A stretch of DNA of 64,000 bases from Blastocystis sp. Blastoise (Eukaryota; Protista; Bigyra: Opalinata), in assembly GCA_039096225.1 (NCBI GenBank), contig JBBPEB010000014.1:434001-498000 (forward strand), written 5' to 3'. Under the pieces are notes generated by a model. The model ran no database searches, was not told the origin of the DNA, and was given only the letters and a program-made list of their open reading frames with translations. Positions within the stretch are counted from its first letter, which is position 1. Every line of letters begins with the position of its first letter. Below are positions 53,756 through 64,000 of the stretch, piece after piece. The position numbers were made by a program, and so were the translations under genes.

Positions 53756-54926
53756 TTAGTACATTTCAGCCATCATCAAGAGTACAAGAGTAGACCATCC
53801 AGTAAATGGGTGAACTCCTTTTCCACTACCTGTTTCACTATTATAACTTTCCCAAACAAATCCAGTTTTTTCATATTGTGAAATAACATTATTAATGATA
53901 TTTTGTCTCAGTGAAGTATATATTTCTTTACATCTTTCTTGTTGATATCCTTCTTCTTTCATATATTTAGTATTTAGAATTCGAAGAACAAGATAATTAA
54001 TATTAATCCAAACACTTCCTCTCCAGTAATTCTCATCAGTCCCATAGTAAGCAGAAGAAATAGATAAAGAACGAATACCAAAAGAACTCCATAACTATAT
54101 ATATTATTTAATTTTAGAATAATACTAAATAAGATACATTATAGATAATATATATCGTTCTAAAAAGAGTTATTTAAAAAAAAATGAATATAATTATAGG
54201 AAATGTAAAGATAATTTAAAAAAAAAACTAGAGAAATAGTATTTATAACTGTAACAATAAATATAAAGTATTATTTATGATGACAATACTGTATATATAT
54301 TTAGAAAACATATAATATGATATATAAAATATATAATATAGGAAGAGTATTATTATTGATAATAATAATTATATACTATATGAGGATTTGTGAGATCATC
54401 AAGGATATATTGAAGATGAGGAGAAGAGGGAGATATATACCCGAATAAGAAGGGGAATAGAGACACGTATCCTTTCTGATTATTGTAACCTAATAATAGG
54501 ATCATTATAATGAAGAATAATTAGTAGAATAATATAAAGATAAAAGAATAATTTTAAAAAGATATTTTTTATTGATTCTTAATAATAAAAAAAACAGTAT
54601 TACTATAAAATAATAATTATAAACAATAATAATAAATCAATAGAATAATCAAACAATACCATAAATATATTCTTTCGTATTATTATTCCATCTCATCGCT
54701 CCTATATCTGTATATATATGATGTTCTTCATCCCAATAATGCTCTATAGTATTCTTTAACTTTGTCATATAGTCCGTTAAAATCTCTCGATCCCCCATAT
54801 CTGGAGGGTTCAAATTCATTAATGAATCTAATGTTTCTCCCATATATATAGTCCATATCAATAAATCTATTTGACCTTCCCCGCGGGTAACAATCTTGTG
54901 ACGTGGATAATCATCAATACCTATAA

Positions 54927-54977
<51 letters not shown>

Positions 54978-56294
54978 CATAATACTTACAAGAAACATAA
55001 ACAAAATATATAAAATAAATAAAAAACTATTGCTATTTCATAATGAATGTATAAAATATATCTAATTATATATATATGTACCACTAGAAAGACAGTGTTT
55101 TTCTGTTCGACTTTTCCATCGATAACGATATTGGAATTGTTGTTTATATGCTTCTTCTCCCTCTTTCCATTCTTCCTGTTGAGTACTATTAAACCAATCA
55201 AACCACGAAGTTATAGAGGGAAGGAGGGACGATACGCGGGAACTAAGTGAAACAATATCTTCTGTGTCTTCTATATATAACAGAATTAAGTTGATTATTA
55301 TTATTATTATATTTTTTTTTATTATTATTATATTCGTTTTTATTATTATTATATTTGTTTCTATTATTATTATATTTAAATTATATTTATCATTCATTTT
55401 AATATAATTGTTAAGAAGATTATAATCATAAAAAAAAATAAAATAAATATTCTTTGAATAATAGAGAATATTCTACAACTATATATATATACCAAATTCA
55501 ATATCAATTTGTTCATTCATTGGATCTTTAAGTTGTTTCTTTTGAATATAATTATATATATACTGAAGAGGAAGAAGAAGAGTAGGAGGATTCGCAATAT
55601 CCATCGACTATATATATATTATTGTTATTCAGATATATAGATGAATGATGATATTTATTATAATATCAAATAGAATATTAATAAACAATGTCATATTTAT
55701 ATGTCATGAAATATATTTAGAATAAATACTATACTCTACACAAATCTCATCTTATATATATTTATAAAATAAATATGTAATAATAATTGAATATATATAT
55801 ATACTTGAGGTATGAATTGAGATGGGACTTTGCTTCGACTTTCATTTCCTAAGATTTGTTCTCGTTCTATATATCCCTATAATTGAAGAACATGAATAAT
55901 AGTAATATATTTTGAAATTATCATTTTTAAATAATAATAATTATAAAAACTTTATAAAAACTCAATAGATAATAATCCATGAAAAAATGTTAGAAATGAT
56001 ATAGATATATATTTGAAATCAATGAATATATAGAGAGTTGATTAATATAAATAAAACTCTAATAACAAACTTATATATATATATAAATGAATATACATTA
56101 CTATATATTCTTTGAAACCAACTAGTGAGTATATCAGTACATAAAGAGACATCCCAGCGACAAGTAACAAGAAGATGGAATCCTTCATCCCAAAGGAATC
56201 CCCGTGGGAAAAAAGAACGAGAAGGAACATGAGTATATAAGTGACCTTAATAATATAAAAAATTAATGAATAGTTTATTGATGAGTATATATAA

Positions 56295-56325
<31 letters not shown>

Positions 56326-57236
56326 TAAATATATATATAAATATATATATAAATATATATACCATAATCAGTGTACATATTTTGACCCTCTTCATTTTTC
56401 AGAACAGTATTCCCATTAAACCATCCAATCCCTCCTAAAAGATTCGATAACATATGGCGGGCAACATATATTTGGCGGTCACTAAATAAAGATCCTTTTA
56501 AACCAAACTTAAATTCAAATTGATCCTTAAATAAAATAGCTATAGAAAATAAATCAATAAATGTATATGTATATATAATAATAAAAAGCAACTAATTAAG
56601 ATAATTAGTTTATATATACAGGCTTCTTCTAGTTTTTCAGTAAGTTGTTCTCCTGAATATTCTGTTACGAACTGTTTAATTTCTTGAGGGACTTCAGGTG
56701 TTGTAAAGAATGATGATAATGATGACGATGTAGCTATATTTCTAGTAAATATATAATCTACAGAGAAAGGTAACTATATATATATATAAAATAATAATAT
56801 TATGAATATCATTTTCTTCATATTTATAATTGAAAGCATTAAATATAAATTATATGATAATAATATATATAATTAACTTACTGTTAATACTTTTTGAATA
56901 GCAATTAAATTATCTCCAGATTGAACAGAATTCGAAAGAAGTGGAATTGTAGGGTGGAATATAGGAGACATATTGTCCTTTGGAAGATTATCACTAATTA
57001 TATATATATAATTTATATATTATTAAGTATTTAATAAAGGATTAATACAAAATAATAATAATAATAATAATAATATATATATATATATATACATTTGTTG
57101 AGCACGTTGATATTCCTGTTGACGATGCTGAAATGATAATTGAAGAGATTCTTTTAAAGCATTCTTTATATAACTATATATATTATAATAAACAATATTC
57201 ATTTAGTTATAATTATTTATCTTTAATAAAGAATAA

Positions 57237-57282
<46 letters not shown>

Positions 57283-58158
57283 TAAATAAATATATAATCT
57301 CCTGCTTTCCAGAAGTTTTCTCGTTTATCGATACGAGTAGTATATACATGTGTATTCTTACATTCTTCACAAGCAGGAAGAGGAATAAACTTGGTTTTTC
57401 CTATTGTTAACTTGGTATTATGAGTGATAACATCTGTAGGAGATATATTAGTCTTATTCATGGGGATAATCAATTTTATACTACCTAAATCATCAGAAGT
57501 CATGGAAATATCAACGTCGCCTTCAATTCCCTATATATATATAGTAAAGTGAAGCTAATTAAATTGTATTATATTAATTTATTAAAAGCATATAAAAATA
57601 TCAAGAATAGATAATAAAAAATAATATATATAAATTATAAAGCGAATTAATTTATTAAAAACATATTAATTTATAAAAACTTAAATGAACAAACAAATTA
57701 AAAAAACATACATTATGTCTTTGGAACAAAGATAATGAAGGGACTTTTATATTTGAATTTTTACCATCAACAACCATATAATAAATCAATGTGATATTTG
57801 TTTTAGTAGTAATACTTTTAAGTGATTTGCCAGTGACACGTAACGACCAATTTGTATCGTTTTTCTTTAAGAAATAAGTTTTCAAAACAACTTTATTTTC
57901 CTTATCATAGAAATTCTGATAACCATAATCTTTACCATTATATTCTACCCATCCCCAACGTTTTATATGATCTTCATCTCTACATTCATGTCGACACTTA
58001 TCTAAAGAATCACCTTGCATCCACATAAGTCCAGACATATGAGACACATCATTCATTGTTCGTGTTCCAAAATAAAGATTAGGTCTAAATACCAACTTAT
58101 CACTCTCACCAACAACTAATGTAACAAGAATGAAAAGTATCAAATCCTTAATGAACAT
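53756..58158 (-). CDS. MOGS: Mannosyl-oligosaccharide glucosidase I (GH63), 13 exons
   Basis: [59 protein letters not shown]|[41 protein letters not shown]. Confidence 0.95.
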
Positions 58159-58501
58159 TATTTAGCTATAAATTCAACTTTTATCAAATAACAACGATTC
58201 TTATCATATTAACACTGGAAGTTTGAAAAAAATCTATAAAAAAAACATTTCTCCATATTTATAATTGACTGAAGTCTTCTGAAAATGAACAAATTATAAA
58301 CCAATGAAAAGATTCATTTACTGAACACATTTCTTTTGCTTATTACCATACTGATTCCTAATAAGTTGCTAGGAAATTTCTTTGATTTCAATAAGCAAAA
58401 AAAGACTAAACAGAAAAGTTTGCTTTTATTGTTATATAACTATTCAAGTTTATATTCAATTATACATATTCAAAGATTCTATTAATCAATATATATAAGC
58501 A

Positions 58502-59149
58502 ATGGCTGTATATGGGAAAGATATTTGGGATCCTTTTCTTATTGTTTTTCAAATTGCTGCTTTACAAGTATTTTCATTCTTTATTCATATAGTATTCACA
58601 ATGTCTACAGAGTTGGTTTTACTTCTTTTGGACATTAGCACATGCCTTTGTTGTTTTCGTGTTGCATATGGTTAATTATCCTATTATTGATATATTATTT
58701 GGTGATTGGGTATATATTTCTATTTTATTTAAGTCTTTCTGTACCCTGTTTAAATAGAAATCACTATCGAAAATATCATTTTAGTTTTACATGTTCGAAA
58801 TCAGTGGATATATTATAAGCGTTGAACTCTTCTTTTCCTGTAATATGATGTATACGATTATTATATATCATATAAAATATTATTCTAACTTATTTTGAAT
58901 TATTGATATATACATAATTTTTAGTGCTGTAATTGCTGTGAATATAGTCGAACGATCTAAAAAGATCCTTGATTTTATATCTACAATGTTTATTATTCAT
59001 CTTCTATTATGTTGGTATTTTCATGTATGTTTATTTTATTATTATTATTATTATAATTATTATTATTATTATGTTTTTATTTATTATTGTAATAAAAATA
59101 TATTATTATGTTTTTATTTATTATTGTAATTATAAATATATTATTATTA

Positions 59150-59180
<31 letters not shown>

Positions 59181-59184
59181 TTTA

Positions 59185-59260
<76 letters not shown>

Positions 59261-59656
59261 TAGGGTATTCCAGATAATTGGAGTTGGTGGATTATTTTTT
59301 TTGTTTCCTTCTTATATACAACATATACAGGTATATATATATAATATTCAATTAAATAAAAATTCTATTCCATAAAGAATGAATATATTATTATTATGTA
59401 TTTTATGATTATTACTACATATATATCTATAGCGGAGACATTTTGTATTCATCGTGAATTAGAAGATATATATGTTCAGGATATAGAGCAGCGACCTGTT
59501 CATATTACTATACCTAATCATAATGACGATACTCCAAATACAAATATCCATAATCAAGAAGATGAAGAAGATCAACATATTGTTATTATTAAGAAAACAA
59601 AAAAAGATGAAAAATCACCCATAAATATAAATCTATCTCCTAAAATACCAAACTAA
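58502..59656 (+). CDS. SYS1: SYS1 Golgi membrane protein (6 exons)
   Basis: WDPFLIVFQIAALQ, IVERSKKILDFISTMFIIHL, G|IPDNWSWW, AETFCIHRELEDI. Confidence 0.9.
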
Positions 59657-59688
59657 TTATGCTTTTTTTTTACTTTATTAGATTTATA

Positions 59689-59720
<32 letters not shown>

Positions 59721-60051
59721 GAATGAGTTTTATTTCTTATTTCATGTGTATTTTTATTCTTATTATCTTCATATACTTAATACACATTCTATTTGTGTAC
59801 ATATATGTTTTTTTTTTCTTCTTTTCTTGTTTAATTGAACTTTATTATTTTCATGCCCTTTATATTGTGTTTGTTATATCTACATAATAATCAAATAAAC
59901 AAAAACATATATTTTCTTTTTAAAAACAACTTACATGTTATAATTATATACTATATATATTTTTGAAAAATATAAAATAATTATATCAAAGAAAATATAT
60001 ATATATTCTAATTGTTTAATTAAGATAAAATAAAAAGAATAGTTAACTGTT

Positions 60052-62827
<2,776 letters not shown>

Positions 62828-64000
62828 TTGTAATAAAAACAAACAAAAAAATGATGATATTTCTAAAAGAGAATAAAACACAGACGATGTATCTGTCATT
62901 CATAAGGATCCATGTTGACCCATTAATGTGTAGAAAGGGTCCACAATTTCTATCCCTTATAAGATGCATCAGAAAAACCGAATTCTATACAAATCCTATT
63001 GGTCAACTATCTGAAGGTAATCCATATTTCTTCGAGAATAATTGTATCTCTTACCCAAATTCTCTTTATTTTGGGTACCTTTCTCTTATTATTGTTCTTT
63101 TTTCAAAAGATTTTCTTTCTCTTTTTCTTTCATCACTTCTTCACAACAATTTTTTCGAAAGTTCTCACATCCTCTTAAGTATGTAATTATCTATGCAACA
63201 TTTAAAAAGAATAAGTGAAGGATGAATAATGATAAAAATATGAAATTTGTTGTGTTTTTCTCACATTTTTTGTTTATTTATTTAGATCTATTCATTATTT
63301 GATATTGAGAATGCAGAAGGCTTTGTATCTATATCTATCAATAATCATTTTTTTATTCATTTCTACTTTTTACTTGGAATTCCCCGTAATTTGCGTTGAA
63401 TCTTCTTTAATGATTCATATTTATTGACTCTTCTTCACACACTATGTTTCTACATATGATACATTATCTTATTTGATAGAGAACATCACTTTATTTCTTT
63501 TCATCACCCACTTTTAAAGTATTTATCAAAATTCAATTAGTGAAATCAATCTTTAAACAATGATACTTCTTATACACTCCTGAATTTAATAAGAATATAA
63601 AGTAATCGTTCACTTTAAATTATTTATCCTGTCTTTATTCTATATAGGCAAATCCATTGTTTTACTTTTTTTTCTGAACCTAATGAATTTAAAAAAGTGA
63701 TTGAAACAGTTCAAAACTCTTCATAGTAACACATTTCTCATTGTTAAAGCCTTGAGGAAGTTTATAAATATATCTCATGATGCTTTCTCTACCTTATAAG
63801 TGATTATTTATTGATAGATCAAATTAAATTCTAACTATTTCAGGTCATTCATAGAAATGACTGTATTTCTTCAAGCTCGTAATAAAACACCTTATATTCA
63901 TGATGCATTACTGTATACACTAGGTTCTTATGTATACATATGCATAAATTCTTAGAATACTCTTCCATTTTTAAAAAGAACTTCATAAATTTTTATTCAG

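Overview
A very AT-rich, gene-dense, intron-rich eukaryotic window. I spliced the genes by hand and found 20 protein-coding genes with about 140 introns, all in the standard genetic code and all ending in a genomic stop codon. In order: ABCF3/GCN20-like ATPase, UBE2J/Ubc6 with a very long poly-N linker, IMPACT, TFIIIC90-like protein, TMEM161, NDUFB11, GT61-like glycosyltransferase, a pseudokinase, an EDEM-type GH47 mannosidase with N-terminal MRH-like and C-terminal PA domains, a Myb/SANT-like protein, a membrane protein, a TALE homeobox protein, an old yellow enzyme, EF1-beta, a BTB-like/TLDc protein, mitochondrial HslV, a small His-rich protein, glucosidase I (MOGS), SYS1 and a 26/29-kDa-type cathepsin. 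The gene mix would fit a low-GC anaerobic stramenopile such as Blastocystis, but that is inference only. Most of the ORF track is microsatellite noise. I saw no tRNA, rRNA, CRISPR array or transposon. Four signals stand out. (1) Ten introns lack a credible GT-AG reading, and in nine the deviant bases match the spliced mRNA. The leading explanation is RNA-seq polishing of the assembly; the alternatives are mRNA-templated gene conversion or relaxed splicing. (2) Intron ends are self-complementary (TA)n tracts, and two introns are pure (TA)n. (3) A GC-only motif, (T)TCCCGCGG, recurs inside exons in all three reading frames. (4) The MRH-GH47-PA fusion joins a glycan-trimming enzyme to a lectin-like reader.
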